Shown piece by piece: positions 11,077 to 23,329 of a stretch of DNA of 35,130 nucleotides. Origin of the DNA: Polymyxa betae A26-41. Taxonomy: Eukaryota > Protista > Endomyxa: Phytomyxea. Below the pieces are notes generated by a model. The model made no database searches. It was given only the letters and a program-made list of their open reading frames with translations, and was not told where the DNA came from. The DNA is taken from the NCBI GenBank assembly GCA_003693705.1, contig RBZT01000154.1, positions 1 to 35,130 of the forward strand, given 5' to 3'. Both the position numbers and the translations under genes were made by a program. Within the stretch, counting starts at the first letter, position 1. Every line of letters begins with the position of its first letter.

Positions 11077-13500
11077 ATAATAAACTGAGGAGAAAAAATT
11101 TCAAAAATGGGCAGCATCCACCCAGGCCGATAATAGTTTGCAAGCTTACCTTCGATTTGAATACTATATCGCTACGAAAACGCGAACCGCAACACCCTAA
11201 ACACGAGAACAATCAGTAGAAGATGGAGAAGCTATAGAACAAACGATGAGCAATGTTAGATAGGCCCAGATGGTACTGCAAGCACAAAGGAGAAATCATG
11301 GGCCGCATCAGCGACGAGACCCATTAAAATAGAAAGATAATTTCATTTTTAAAAGCAACCAACTGATTTAAAAGTTGCAGAAAACTTTAAAACCCTTAAT
11401 AAACTGAGAACAGAAAATTTCAAAAATGGGCAGCATCCACCCTAGTAGATAAAAAAGCATAGACATTACCATTAGTTCGATGCCATTCCATGCACGAAAA
11501 CTCGGGCCGCCTTGGTCTATACACGAGGATCATCAATACAAGGTGGGCGAACTTTAAAATAAAGAAACAGCCATGTTAGATGAGCCCAGAAGGCCCTGCA
11601 AGCGGAAAGCAGAAATCGTGCGCGCAATCAATGACGAAAACCTTCGATAAAGACAGCAAAGAACTGATTTAAAAGTTGAAGAAAACGATTATGAACATTA
11701 ATAAATTAAGAATAGAGAAAATTTCAAAATTGGGCAGCATCCACCCTAAATATAAAAATATTTAGAGAGTACTTTTGATTCGACACCATCACCGGCACGA
11801 AAACTCGGGACGCCCCGATCTATACACAAGAATAGTCAGAACAAAGCATACAAACTTTAGCATAAACAAACAGCAATGTTAGTTGATCCAAGAAGGCCCT
11901 GCAAGCGAAAAGCAGAAATCGTGCGTCTCATCAGTCACGAAAACCTGCGATAAAGTCAACAAACAACTGATTTAACAGTTGAAGAAGACGATTATGAACA
12001 TTAATAAACTAAGAGGAGAGAAAATTCTAAAATTGGGCCGCATCCACCCTAAAATATAAAAACATTTAGAGAGTACTTTTGATTCGACACCATCACGGCA
12101 AGAAAACTCGGGACGCCCCGATCTATACACAAGAATAGTCAGAGCAAAGCATACAAACTATAGCATAAACAAACAGCAATGTTAGATGATCCAAGAAGGC
12201 CCTGCAAGCGAAAAGCAGAAATCGTGCGTCCCATCAGTGACGAAAACCTTTGAAATAGAAAGACAAAAGCATATGTAAAAGCAACCAACTGAATTAAAAG
12301 TTGCAGAACGCGTTTATAAACATTCATAAACTGATCAGAGAGAAATTTTAAAATTGGGCAGCATCCACCCTAAAATACAAAAAAATTTAGAAAGTACCTT
12401 TGATTCGATGCCATTACCGCCACGAAAACTCTAGCCGCCTCGAGCTATACATGGGAACAATCAGCACAAGGTATGCGAACTTTAAAATAAACAAACAGCA
12501 ATGTTAGATGAGCCCAGAAAGCCCTGCAAGCGAAAAGGAGAAACGAACGCCCGATCAGTGACGAGCCCAGTAAAATAGAAAGACTAAAGCATTTGTTAAA
12601 GCAGCCAGCAGATTAACAAGTTGAAGAAAACGTTTTTAAACCTTAATAACCTAAGAAGAAAGAAAATTTCAAAATTGGGCAGCGTCCACCCTAAAATATA
12701 AAAAAAATTAGAGAGTACTTTTGATTCGACACCATCACCGCCACGAAAACTCGGAACGCCCAAATCTATACACTAGAGTAGTCCGCACAAAGTATACAAT
12801 TTTTAGCATAAACAAACTGCAATGCTAGATGGGCTCAGAAGGCCCTGCAAGCGAAAAGAAGAAATCGTGCGTCCCATCGGTGACGAAAAACTTTGAAATA
12901 GAAAGACAAAAGCATAAGTAAAATCAACCTACTGATTTTAGTGTTGAAAACTCTAAAAAAATTAATAAACTGAAAAAAGAAAAAAAATTTCAATATTGGG
13001 CAGCATCCACCCTAGAAGATAAAAACATTAAGAGAGTACCTTTGAAACGATGCAATCACCGCCACGAAAACTCGGGACGCCGCGAACTATAGACGAAAAC
13101 AATCATCACAGGCATCAAAAACTATAGGGTGAACAAAAAAGCATTGCTAATCTGGCCCCCGAAGGCCCTCAAGCGGAAATGTGAAATCAAATGCGTCCAC
13201 CTGTGACAAGACAGGAAGATAATGAACAGAAAAAGCATTTCAAAAGCAGCCAACTGCTTTTATAAATATAGAAAACCTAAACTTTAAAGACGCTAATAAA
13301 CTGAGAAGAGAGAAAAATTTCAGTAAGGGTCAGCATCCACCCTAGCCGATAGTGCAAAAACGTACCGACTCGAAGCCAAAATCGCCAGCAAGAACCCAGA
13401 CCGCCCCGACCTATACACGAGAACAATCAGTCCAAGACGTATAGGCTCATGAAAGAAAAAGCAGCAATGCCAGACAGACCTGAAGGGGCCACTCAGCCAA
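11077..13500 (+). repeat. Tandem array of 8 diverged ~300-330-bp units inside the CACTA element
   Basis: The anchor gggcagcatccacc (or a near match) occurs at ~11109, 11428, 11732, 12035, 12356, 12677, 12998 and 13327, with spacings 319, 304, 303, 321, 321, 321 and 329. Confidence 0.95.
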
Positions 13501-14011
13501 CAAGTGTATCCCCTAACGATGAGTCTCATATGAAACTGGTACAAAGACAGTAAATAAACCGGAAGACTGACCTGAACGTCCAGATTGGCATCAATGCTTA
13601 GGATGTGATCGATAGAATCGTGAGAAAGTATATGAGAAGAATGGTCAGAGGAGCGATTCGATCTGTGACATGATGTTACCATGAAAATGATTAGGAGATG
13701 GATCACTCTACATTCAACGTTCATTGATAAATCAACCAAAGCCAAGTCAGAACAACATTCAAACTTTATAATTTAACATCGAATTTTGTTTGCAAACCAT
13801 TGCAATTGCAATTTCGCATGAACGGGCAGTTAAAATAGGAAAGGACGCAGATTTTTGCGAATGGTCTCACATTGCTGATCCTGGCTCCGGAGCGCACTTT
13901 TGCAAAATTGCAGGTTTTTTGCAGGTCTCGATCCAAAACGCAGATTTCCGCTGCGTTAGGCAGAATGCCAGAGGATAAGGCATGTCAGGGCAGACCTGCG
14001 CAGTTCCGGTG

Positions 14012-14480
14012 TTTGTATGTGTTTGAACAAGCAGTATTTGACAAAAACGACATGTCTCGCAAGTTTAAGCATGCAGGGCTGCGTTATGAGGTCCGTCTTG
14101 CTTTAGGCGTTAGCAAAATAGACCATGTTGCTGGAGGGGTACCATGTGGATCATGGCCTGACGTTCGCTTGGCAAGACATTGACTCGTTCCGAAATTGCT
14201 CCTGGAGAAAACCTGCTCCAGGTAAAGGATACCGGGACGGGAAGTTAAAATCTCTTCACCCCTATTGAACATCCTCGTTCTGATCGTGTCCAACAGCTCA
14301 ACCGAAGGCTTGCTCATCCAGGCGAGAAATGAAATGGTAAACAAAACGTTGCAAAGATTTCAGTTTCCTTAAAGAACACTTTCGGCATTCTCGCAAACAG
14401 CACCAAATCGTTTTTGCGTCATGTGCGGATTTGCAAATAAAGCGTTTTGAAGAGTCTTCACCCGATGCACGAGACCTGCT
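14012..14480 (+). pseudogene. C-terminal half of the split Harbinger/ISL2EU-type transposase
   Basis: LYVFEQ..MSRKFKHAGLRYEV..GGVPCGSWPD..; KGYRDG; ARNEMVN; FRH..HQIVF. It continues in frame from DGTD at 5770 once the CACTA and one TTT are removed. Confidence 0.8.
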
Positions 14481-15020
14481 AAACGCAAAACAATAAAGGG
14501 AGAAGACATAAGAGGGATCCGTAAAAATACTGCGAATTTCACATATGTTACTATCAGAAAGGCGCACGGACTGTAGGTTTTCTGGTTTCCGTATATGTTT
14601 CTGTTTACTATACATTTCGCTGCGAGTTGTAAAATCGTTGATATCCCCATAAGATGGCAAGCTCTTGCAACGATTTGTGCTTCAGAGCGGTTTCGTCAGA
14701 TATCGCGATCAAGTTGCTACGGAAATCAGCAGCCCTTCAGTCGGTAGTAATGAATTGTGCTTTATTTCCAGCTCGAATCCCAGCTTCATTCAGCTCAGTC
14801 CGTACGGACACCGTAGGAACTCCGCGGGAGTCGAGCCCATTAATTCTACGGTACGCCTTCATACTTTAATCTTGTTCGCATCTTTGTTAAGCATCAGATT
14901 TATGCGTGAGTCATCAAGGCTTCTCTGCGTGCGCTGATCTTCAAAACTGCGTACGAACTTTAAAAGGGATATAAGATTTTTTAATGTATTTTTATAGATC
15001 TGATACAGCTTAATTATTCC

Positions 15021-16125
15021 ATGCTGATTGCTAAGGTTTCCAAAGCGCTGTCAATTGTGTCAGCAACTGTGCTCGAGTTACTTGTTTGCAAAGACAGTCA
15101 GCAGACTGTCGATCATGCTGCTGGAGTGAGAAATGCTCTTGACACGATGAAATCGTGCCATCGGTTTTCAAAGTATTGACCAATCTTTCTACAACGGAAT
15201 TTGAGAAGCTTTCTTCGACTGTTTGCCCTGTTATTGCTACCCATGCACGGTCAACTGGTGAAGTAATCCAAGGCGCAGGGCGTCCACCAAAACAGTCACC
15301 TCAACAGAGACTGCTGGCTTTTCTGCTATACTTAAAGCACGATAATTCAAGTTTCAATACTTTCCAATGGAATTGGTCTGAAAGTTGTGTTTGTGAAGAT
15401 GCCGTATTTAAAGCCTCCTGCATTGACTATGCGTGTGATCAAAGAGCTTCGTTGGCCAAATTCCGATGAAAGATTAAGAATGGGACTGCAGCTTGCTGAG
15501 TTTCCAGGGTGTATCGGTTTCATTGACGGCACTCTTTGAATTTTGTAAAATCAAGAATCCTGCGGGCAAGGATGAAGACTATAAGCAATTGTATAACGGT
15601 CGCAAGTTAATTTACTGCACCAATAACGTCGTGGTCGTGGATCATCAAGGTCAGTTCATTTATATCGATCCTGGATATCCCTGAACGCTTCACGACGTTA
15701 ATTGTTTGAGACACTCAGATATCAGCAACGACTGGCAGATACACTTCACTATAACCGAAGATTACCAAAAATACCTTCTTGGTGATCCAGGTTATATGGG
15801 AGAAGATGCTTTCATAATGCGAAGGGCTGATCGTCGGGAGATACTTCATGACGCCGATGAATACGAGTTGTCAGCGATTGATGCTTATAACAAGATGCAT
15901 GCTGGATATAGAATCCACGTGGAATGGGGCATCGGAGGGATGAAACGCAAATTCAAGAAAAAGATGAAAGGGTTTGATGTCAGCAAAGAAAATTTTCCAT
16001 TAATGTTCAAAGCTGCAGCCATTCTGACCAATTTCATTCATCGTCGGCGGCTCGAATTTTCCATTGATGCTGGAGAAAATCGGGCTGTAAACAATGAAGA
16101 AATAGTTTGGGAAGGAGATTCTTAA
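15021..16125 (+). pseudogene. Harbinger (HARBI1/DDE_Tnp_4-like) transposase with frameshifts and a stop
   Basis: GRPPK..RLLAFLLYLKH; FPGCIGFIDGT; YNGRK; GYP*TLHD; LLGDPGY; YNKMHAGYRIHVEWGIGGMKRKF. Confidence 0.9.
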
Positions 16126-16174
16126 CGAATCGGAAGAGCTTGGCTATAATACAGTTCATTAAACAATTAGAAGC

Positions 16175-16720
16175 TCATAAATTCAAAATGCCCTTAATCC
16201 TAGCTGGTAGATTCTCTTTGCTGATGAATCCCAGTTGAAAAGCAATGTTAAGATGCTCAATGTCAGACCGGCTAGTTATTGCTTTTGTTGCCGTCTTAAA
16301 GTCGTCTGCGATTTCTTTCACGGAGCCAACCTGCTGCAACAACGACGTTTTGCTAATTTTTGGCTCATTGAACTTAGAGGCTGGCTCAAGTGGAATATAT
16401 GCGCATGCGCAATTCACCGTAATTTTCGATTCCAACAATCAGATTGCGAGTCCCGCATTTTCCGCAGCAATTTCTCTATCTATCGTCTGAGGGGACCCCT
16501 TTATCAAGCGAAGCCATTGTTGGGATTGTCGGCAGTCTTAGTGCTGTAATGAATGGCATTTCTCATTTGAGTTCGGGGCTGCCCAAATGGTAACTGAGGT
16601 CGCTTCGATGTGATGGTCGGGCCTATCGAGCACCAATTTCTCGTAGAGATTTTATCCGATTCTCATAGTTTCCGATAGCAAACTCTTCTGCAATATATGA
16701 TGAAGGTTGGTTCAAAAAAC
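16175..16720 (-). pseudogene. Convergent partner-gene remnant of the Harbinger element
   Basis: A helical-looking ORF tail (87 aa) ends 50 bp from the transposase stop. The two-gene layout is typical of PIF/Harbinger. No domain was recognised. Confidence 0.35.
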
Positions 16721-16789
16721 GGTTCCGCTGTAGCTAGGCATCTCTCCGTAGAATTGTTGATCTGATTGTACAACACTTAGATTCAATGA

Positions 16790-17710
16790 ATGATCCGATA
16801 GTTATAATGCTTCATTTTTCCGTCAAGATCGTGTTGCTGTATGTCTGCATTATCTCACACATACCGGATCAATTTACGATTCAGCGCTTGTTTTCGGAAT
16901 GCGCAAAACCTCTGCATTACGTTATATTGATCAAGTGGTTGACGTTCTGCTTCAATGTTTGGGCCCTAAATTTATCTTTCTGCCAGCACTCAGCAAGAAT
17001 GGGACGAGCTTTCAAATGGTTTCGAAAAAATCTGTGGCTTTCCTGATGCTTGTTTGGCGGTGGACGGATCTTTATTCGAGAAAGAAAAACCTGCGGATTA
17101 TGAAGGATGGTATAGTAGGAAGGGATTTCCAGCAATTAATGCCCAAATTGTCTTTAACTACAAGAACCGCATTAGAGATTATGAGATTATGCATTACGCC
17201 CTGGATCCGAAAACGACAAAGGTATTTATAAACGTTCGAAATTTGGCCAGACGATTGCAGCTATTATTCCTGCTGGTAAGGTGATCGGCGCTGATGCAGG
17301 ATACCAGCTGTTCACACATTGCATGGCACCGTATGACAATGACACCAGAGATACCCAGGAGAAATATTATATTTACCTTCATTCCACTACTCGGATCACC
17401 GTCGAAATAGCTCTTGGGCTTTTGAAAAAGCGTTTCCGCATTTTCAAAGCACCGATGAATCAGAAAGGCAACGAAGGCAATGGCCGAGCTGACTGACGAT
17501 ATGAAAAGGTGAGTGTTAAAAGTATGACATGAATTATTCGAGCCTGCCTTATTCTGCATAATATCCTTATTGACCTACGCCAATCATCCTATAATTAAAA
17601 TTGACTCCAATGATAATCTCGCAGGCAACGGAGCTGTGGCAGTTGCTTGAGAGGCAGCTAAGAAACGTCGTGACCTAATTCGAGCTTATTTGTGGGCGCA
17701 ACGAAAATGA
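16790..17710 (+). pseudogene. Harbinger (DDE_Tnp_4-like) transposase, disrupted
   Basis: FGMRKTSALRYIDQV; GFPDACLAVDGSL; WYSRKGFPAINAQ; PGSEND; GADAGY; HSTTRITVEIALGLLKKRFRI; ACLILHN. Confidence 0.9.
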
Positions 17711-17744
17711 TATAAAGTATTCTGCATGTGCTGTAGTTACACTC

Positions 17745-18419
17745 TATCTTTCTTAGAGCGAAGAAATTCGAGAAGTGCTTCCTGGACAGCTGCACCCCGC
17801 TCTAACATGGTGGCTACCCGATGGCTACCCGATCAAGGGACTCTCGAATTTTGTTTTGATCTTCCTTGACTTCTTTCATGAGCGACCGCATTTCTTCATT
17901 GGTCTTTTCCGGCACCTGGCCGGATAAGGAGGAAGCAATATTATTGAGCCCTTCTGACCCATCAATGCTATTCCATTGCCGATCGGGATGGTTTTTGCTG
18001 GTTGTACATTAGTGATCAATTGTTGACCTGAAGCTGAATGATTTTCTCACTGAACTGAGAAGCAGTCATTGCGAATTTTGATTTTTTTTAGCTGGTATCG
18101 TTTCTGTGTCAGTTGGCACAAAGTCTTCGCCTAACTCTTCCCCAAATTGGGAATCCTGATTGCTGGTGGAATCTCGCTCCTCCTGGACTATGACGACATC
18201 TGTTGCCAGTCCAAGAGAAGAACCATAGCCAGGGAATTTTAAAAAATACTGCTGGATAATATCGAAGACTTCGGGTCTTCATTGCCGGTTTTGGTCGATT
18301 CTTTTCCATCGGGCTTGTGATCGCGCCACTTTTGTTTGTGTGAATTTCTGCTGTGCCTTATCTTTGGTGATGTTTTGCCCAGTTGCTTTGGACATCGTAT
18401 CCTATTTTGTTTCAGCCAT
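17745..18419 (-). pseudogene. Probable convergent Harbinger accessory-gene remnant
   Basis: It lies between the transposase end and the terminus at 18805, and shows fragmentary minus-strand coding character. Confidence 0.3.
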
Positions 18420-18548
18420 CTAAAATGCGGTGACTATGCATACTATCTTTGAAAAATTCATAAAACTGTTTAAAACGCACTCCATCAACTGCTCGACCAT
18501 CCAATTAGACCAAGCAATTGCCTTTTCACCGTTCTCATCCTTCGATGG

Positions 18549-19368
18549 TCGACCTCTTTCCCGCTTGCTCGTCCCATCGCTAGACGGAGTGGAAGGAGCT
18601 AGGTTCGTGGGTTTGGGGCCGACTCAATCGACATGGCTGACGCCCAGAAATGGATAATTGCAGAGAATGCAGCCTCCAGTGGGCGCAACCCTGGCGCAGC
18701 CAATGGAAAATCTGCAGCCGCATTTTCCGACCGCTGCACTTTTCAACCGCATTATCCTTTATTGCGCATTTATTCCACGCATATTTTCACACGTGAACCA
18801 GCCTCTGAGACTAAATCGCTGCTGCCTCGTCAATCGGCGCTTTTCTAAATTTTTCCTGTCGAAGAGATTCTGACGGCTGTGTTTCGCTTTTAGATTCAAT
18901 GATTTTCATTCTTTTGTTAATGATGCTTCGCTGGGCGAATGTTTTAGATTCTTTCACTTTCTGAGGAAACTCGTCACTCTGAAGCACAGCTTTCTCACTG
19001 TCTTTGGCATTCGGCTTACTGATCCCTCTATAAAATGGCTATTAAAATACGCGTAAAATAGGGTTTTGCATAAAAGACCGCATTTTCCAGGGGACAAGCT
19101 GCAATAATTCCAGTCGCTTAGAGCCTGGTTTAAGTGTGAAAAAATGCGGGAAATAAATACGCAATAAAGGAGAATGCGGTTGAAAAGTGCAGCGGGCGGA
19201 AAATGCGGCAGCAGATGTTAAAGGGAGGAGCCAGAGTTGCGCCCACTAGGAGCTGCATTTTCTGCAATTCTCCATTTGTGGGCGTCAGCCATGTCGACTG
19301 AGTCGGCCCCGAAACTAGCTCCTCTCACTCCGTCAAACCATGGGACGAACAAGCACGCAAGAGGGCGA
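18549..19368. repeat. Long inverted repeat (~255-bp arms 18549-18805 and 19121-19368), two homologous Harbinger-type termini back to back
   Basis: For example, ccgctgcacttttcaaccgcatt and aatgcggttgaaaagtgcagcgg are reverse complements. The inner ends read aaccagcctc|TGA and TTA|gagcctggtt. Confidence 0.9.
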
Positions 19369-19659
19369 GAAACTAAATTGATGAAGCATTTGCTACCGGA
19401 AACTGTGACAATCTGATAGCATCTCTACGAGAAATTGATGCTCGATAGGCCCGAATATCACAATTGGAAGCGACCTCAGTTACCATTTGGGCAGCCCCGG
19501 ATCTCAAATGATCAATGGCATTTATTACAGCGTTAAAACTACCGACAATTCCAGCATAGCTTCGCTTGATAAAGACATCTCCCCAGATGATAGCCAGGGA
19601 AATTGGGGTGGAAATTGCGGGACGGGCAACCTGTTTGGTGGAATAGATAATTACAGTCG

Positions 19660-20200
19660 CCAGGAAAAACAAGCAATGCAGAATGAGATCCATTGACGCT
19701 GAACAAACCGTGGGCCCTCGTCGCGACGCCAGCCGACATAAACATCGTGAGCAGCAGATGTACATATAAGGTCAAGTGTGACGAAGACAGAAACACTACC
19801 AAATCGAAAGCCAACGCGGGGATTCTCCCAAGTCTTCGAAGTCGATTAAACCGCGACGGTTGCTCGCGTCATTACCATGAACAGCTTGAGGATATTCTTT
19901 GAACAGACGCCTCCCTGCACGTTCGACTTCATCATCTCGATGTCGTAACCGCTTTCTGAAATTCCCACTTATCGAGTCGTGATTTATGCAGCAGCGAACC
20001 GGATTTGAGTATAAAGGCACAAGCGGAGAGAAGCTGGTTTGCAGATTCCAGACCGTTGTATACGGCTTAAAGCAGTCATGCCGCGAATGGTGGATAAGGC
20101 CTAACGCCGCTCGATTACAGGCTGCATTGTTATACTCAGCCGGCATATATTGGACCTCAAAACGACAATCCTATGTGACACTCCTATCGACGGAGAATGG
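19660..20200 (+). pseudogene. Internally deleted Ty1/Copia RT-RNase H remnant
   Basis: WALV..P..INIVSSRCTYKVK; KLVCRFQTVVYGLKQSCREW; IYWTSKRQSYVTLLSTE. Confidence 0.75.
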
Positions 20201-20568
20201 GGCAGCACGAAAAAAGCCAGTATAAACTGGCAGCACGACCTAGGGGGCCAGTACAAAGGGGCAGTACGAAAAGAGCCAGTATAAAGGGGCAGTACGAAGG
20301 GGCAGTACAATGGGCCAACACGAAGGGTCAGTACAAAGGGGCAGTACGAAAAGAGCCAGTATAAAGGGGCAGTACGAAGGGCCAGTACGATGGGCCAACA
20401 CGAAGGGCCATACAAAGGGGCAGCACAAAATAAAGTTTTGTACGAAGGGGTAGTACGGTGGTCAGAATAAAGGGCCAGTACTAAAGGGCAGTACAAAGGC
20501 GCTGTACAATGGGAAAATAAGAAGGGCCAGTACAGAGGAACAGTACGAAAGGAGCCAGTATAAAGGGT
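20201..20568 (+). repeat. ~13-14-bp minisatellite (GGG[C/G]CAGTAC[G/A]AA) with an 80-bp higher-order period
   Basis: Repeated gggccagtacaaa and gggcagtacgaa; the block gtacaaaggggcagtacgaaaagagccagtataaaggggcagtacgaagg occurs at 20251 and 20331. Confidence 0.95.
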
Positions 20569-20659
20569 GATCGACCAAGTCTGGCGACATCGTGCACAGC
20601 GACCTTTGCTGTCCAATGAGAACGCGCTCTTTGCAGGGAAACATCTATATGGTGACTTA

Positions 20660-22880
20660 CCCCAGCAAAACGGCAAAGCAGAACGACTGAACAGAACTAT
20701 AACCGAGATGGCCCGATGCTGGTTAACTGAAGCTGGTTTAGGAAATGAGTATTGGCAGTATGCTGCAGCATTGGCGGCTTACATTCGGAATCGGACGCCG
20801 ACGACAGCGAACCAGAATCTGAAAACGCCGTTTGAGTTGTTGTGGGGCAGGAAGCCTGATCTCAGTCAGTTACCGCTGTTCGGAGCCAAAGCTCAAGTAC
20901 ACGTACCCGATGAGTTATGCGGAAAGCTCGATCATAAATTGCGAGATTGTTTTTTATTAGGATATGCAGAAGGAGCAAAAGCTGGAATATTCGAACAAAT
21001 CGAGACAAAACGAAGATTCGATTCACAAGCGCCGTAATCGAAGGTGTCAGAATCGGAAATGATTTCGGATCAACACCAGCAGCAAGAATGAGCAACAACG
21101 AACCAGTAACGACACCGAAGACTGAATCGGATATTAAGATGACGAGTGTTGAACCCGATCCCGGCCGAGAAACAGACTGACCGAGAACAGCCTGGATTCG
21201 GCGGGAGACGATCAGAATCGGAGCGTACAAGAAGATGAGGTGGCTGCGGTGGAGGTCACTGAAATGCGACGAAGCCGAGCGCCCATCCGTTATACATGTA
21301 TGAATTAGCTTTAGCAGTTCAAAGTGGTGGCACAGCGGAGCCGGAATCTGTCCACGAAGCATTTCAGTCGCAATACTGGCAGAAAGCGATGGCTGCGGAA
21401 TACGATGCACTGGTTCGGAATTCTACGTGGGAGTTTGTCCCAGTCCTTGTTGGACGGTCCGCTGTCAGCGGTAAATGGCGTTTAGAAGTAAAGACTGACT
21501 CTAATGGCGATGTCCAGCGTTATAAGGCGCGTTATGTCGCTCGCGGATTCACCCAACGACCGGGAATCGATTTTGTGGAGACGACTTCACCGGGGGTATC
21601 ACTGAAAAGCCTTCGGAAGCTGCTGTCGATGGCGGCGGAGCAAGAAATGGAGAAACAACAGCTAGACGTTGATTCGACATTCCTTTATGGGCAACCTGAC
21701 GAAGAGATTTACCTCGAACAGCCTCAAGGATTTGTGAAAACCGGTTCGAACGGCGAGAGGCTGGTATGCGAGCTTCGTAAAGCCATTTACGGCCTCAAGC
21801 AGGCAGGAAGAGTTTGGTGGAAGATGATTGACGCAGAGTTAAAGAAAATGGGTTGTAGCAGCTCAACGAGCGATACCTGGATTCACCGACGCTTCGTTGA
21901 TGGTTTTGTCGTTCTGATTGCAATCTACGTTGATGACCTGGTTATAGCATCTAAGTCTATGCAGCAGATTAAGAAGTTGGAGATCACCTTAAAGGAGAAG
22001 TTTTCGATAAATCCCATTTGCGATATCAACCACGTTCTTGGAATGAAAGTTCAGTGCGATCGGGCGAAGATGTCGTTGATGATAAGCCAATCAGCCTACG
22101 CTCAGACGGTGTTGGAGAGGTTCGGAATGGCAGAGAGTCGCCCGATCGAAACCGCGATGGGGACGGGAGCCGTACTGGAGCCGAACGATGGACCTGCAAC
22201 ACTTTACCAGTATCAGCAGACTGTGGGCTCGGTGATGTACCTGGCCATGGGCACGAGGCCTGACATGGCGTATGGCGTCGGTTTAGTATCACGATTCGCA
22301 AGCAACCCGGGCGAGCAGCACGTGAAGGCGGTCAATCGACTGATGCGTTGCCTCCGGGCACAGTCAACATGGGCATACTGTTCGGCGGGAGCGACGACGA
22401 CCGGTTCTCGGGCTTCGACGACGCCGACTTCGCCGGGTGTACGACAGCACGAAGGTCGACGAGTGGCTATACCTCCAAACTATACGGAGGCGCAGTTTGT
22501 TGGGCGAGCAGTCGCCAATAATGCGCAGCCCTATCCACCACTGTGGCCAAATACGTGGCTCTATGTATGGCTGCCAGGGAGTCCACGAGGTTGGGCGGCC
22601 TCCCCAACTTTATGGGAACCCTGCAGATGGAGCCCACGACTATTTATCAGGATAACATGTCCACTATCGCGCTGGGGAATATCGGGAAAGTTTCAAAACT
22701 CTCGAAACATATCGATGTTCGATTTCATTATACTCGCGACAAAATTGAACAGGGTGGATCAAGTTAAAGTATTGCCCTACCAATTTGATGATCGCAGATG
22801 CAATGCCGAAAGCATTGGCGCCAGATTTTTTTGCTTCCCATCGTGAGAAGTTCCTTGCCTTGCCCAGATGAGTTCACGTG
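20660..22880 (+). mobile_element. Ty1/Copia 3' half: integrase core, RT and RNase H (frameshifted)
   Basis: PQQNGKAERLNRT; RYKARYVARGFTQRPGIDF; IYGLKQAGRVW; IYVDD; TRPDMAY; IYQDN; SKHIDVRFHYTRD. Domain order is IN-RT-RH. Confidence 0.95.
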
Positions 22881-22886
22881 ACGCTC

Positions 22887-23007
22887 GGGAGGGAGTGTTG
22901 TGGAAGACGAGCTCTCAGTGAGCTGCAGTCGGGTTGCGCGTCGGGAATCCCGACACACAATCGGAATCTCCCAAGTGCCCGTTTTTTGTTTGACTACGTT
23001 ATGAACA
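22887..23007 (+). repeat. Polypurine tract (22887-22895) and candidate short 3' LTR (22896-~23007)
   Basis: gggagggag|TGTTG directly follows RNase H. The candidate end is AACA at 23007, with no partner LTR to confirm it. Confidence 0.55.
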
Positions 23008-23329
23008 CTCACTTCATTTATTGAGCCCTTTTGTGTATTGCTGCCAATTAGGGATCCCAATGACGAACAATGACCGGGCTAATTCAGCTATCCAGCAGGC
23101 ATCAGGCCATCGTCGAAGTGAAGTCGTTGTCTCGACTCCGGACCAACCTGCTGATAATCGTGTTCTTATATTTATTGAATCAGCAATTGGGAATTATAAA
23201 AAAAAACAATTTCAAAAAAACAAACAATATCACAAAGTCTAGAAAATTTGGAATCCATCCAAAATCTAAATCCTACTCATCAGCCAGCCAGAACACCGCA
23301 AAAAATATCTAAAAATGAGATACTAGAGG

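Larger units (their letters stand above)
5771..14011 (+). mobile_element. CACTA/EnSpm (CMC superfamily) DNA transposon with complete ends, 8241 bp
   Basis: Perfect 16-bp TIR CACCGGAACTGCGCAG (5771-5786 and 13996-14011; 20/22 when extended), TTT on both flanks, GCAGA/TGCG-rich subterminal repeats, and internal Tnp2-type motifs. Confidence 0.9.

Noticed and set aside
11077-13500. CRISPR-like array
   Set aside because: Whole units are homologous, with no unique spacers and no cas genes, and the context is eukaryotic.
20101-20676. 191-aa hydrophobic repeat protein
   Set aside because: It is a translation artefact of the minisatellite.
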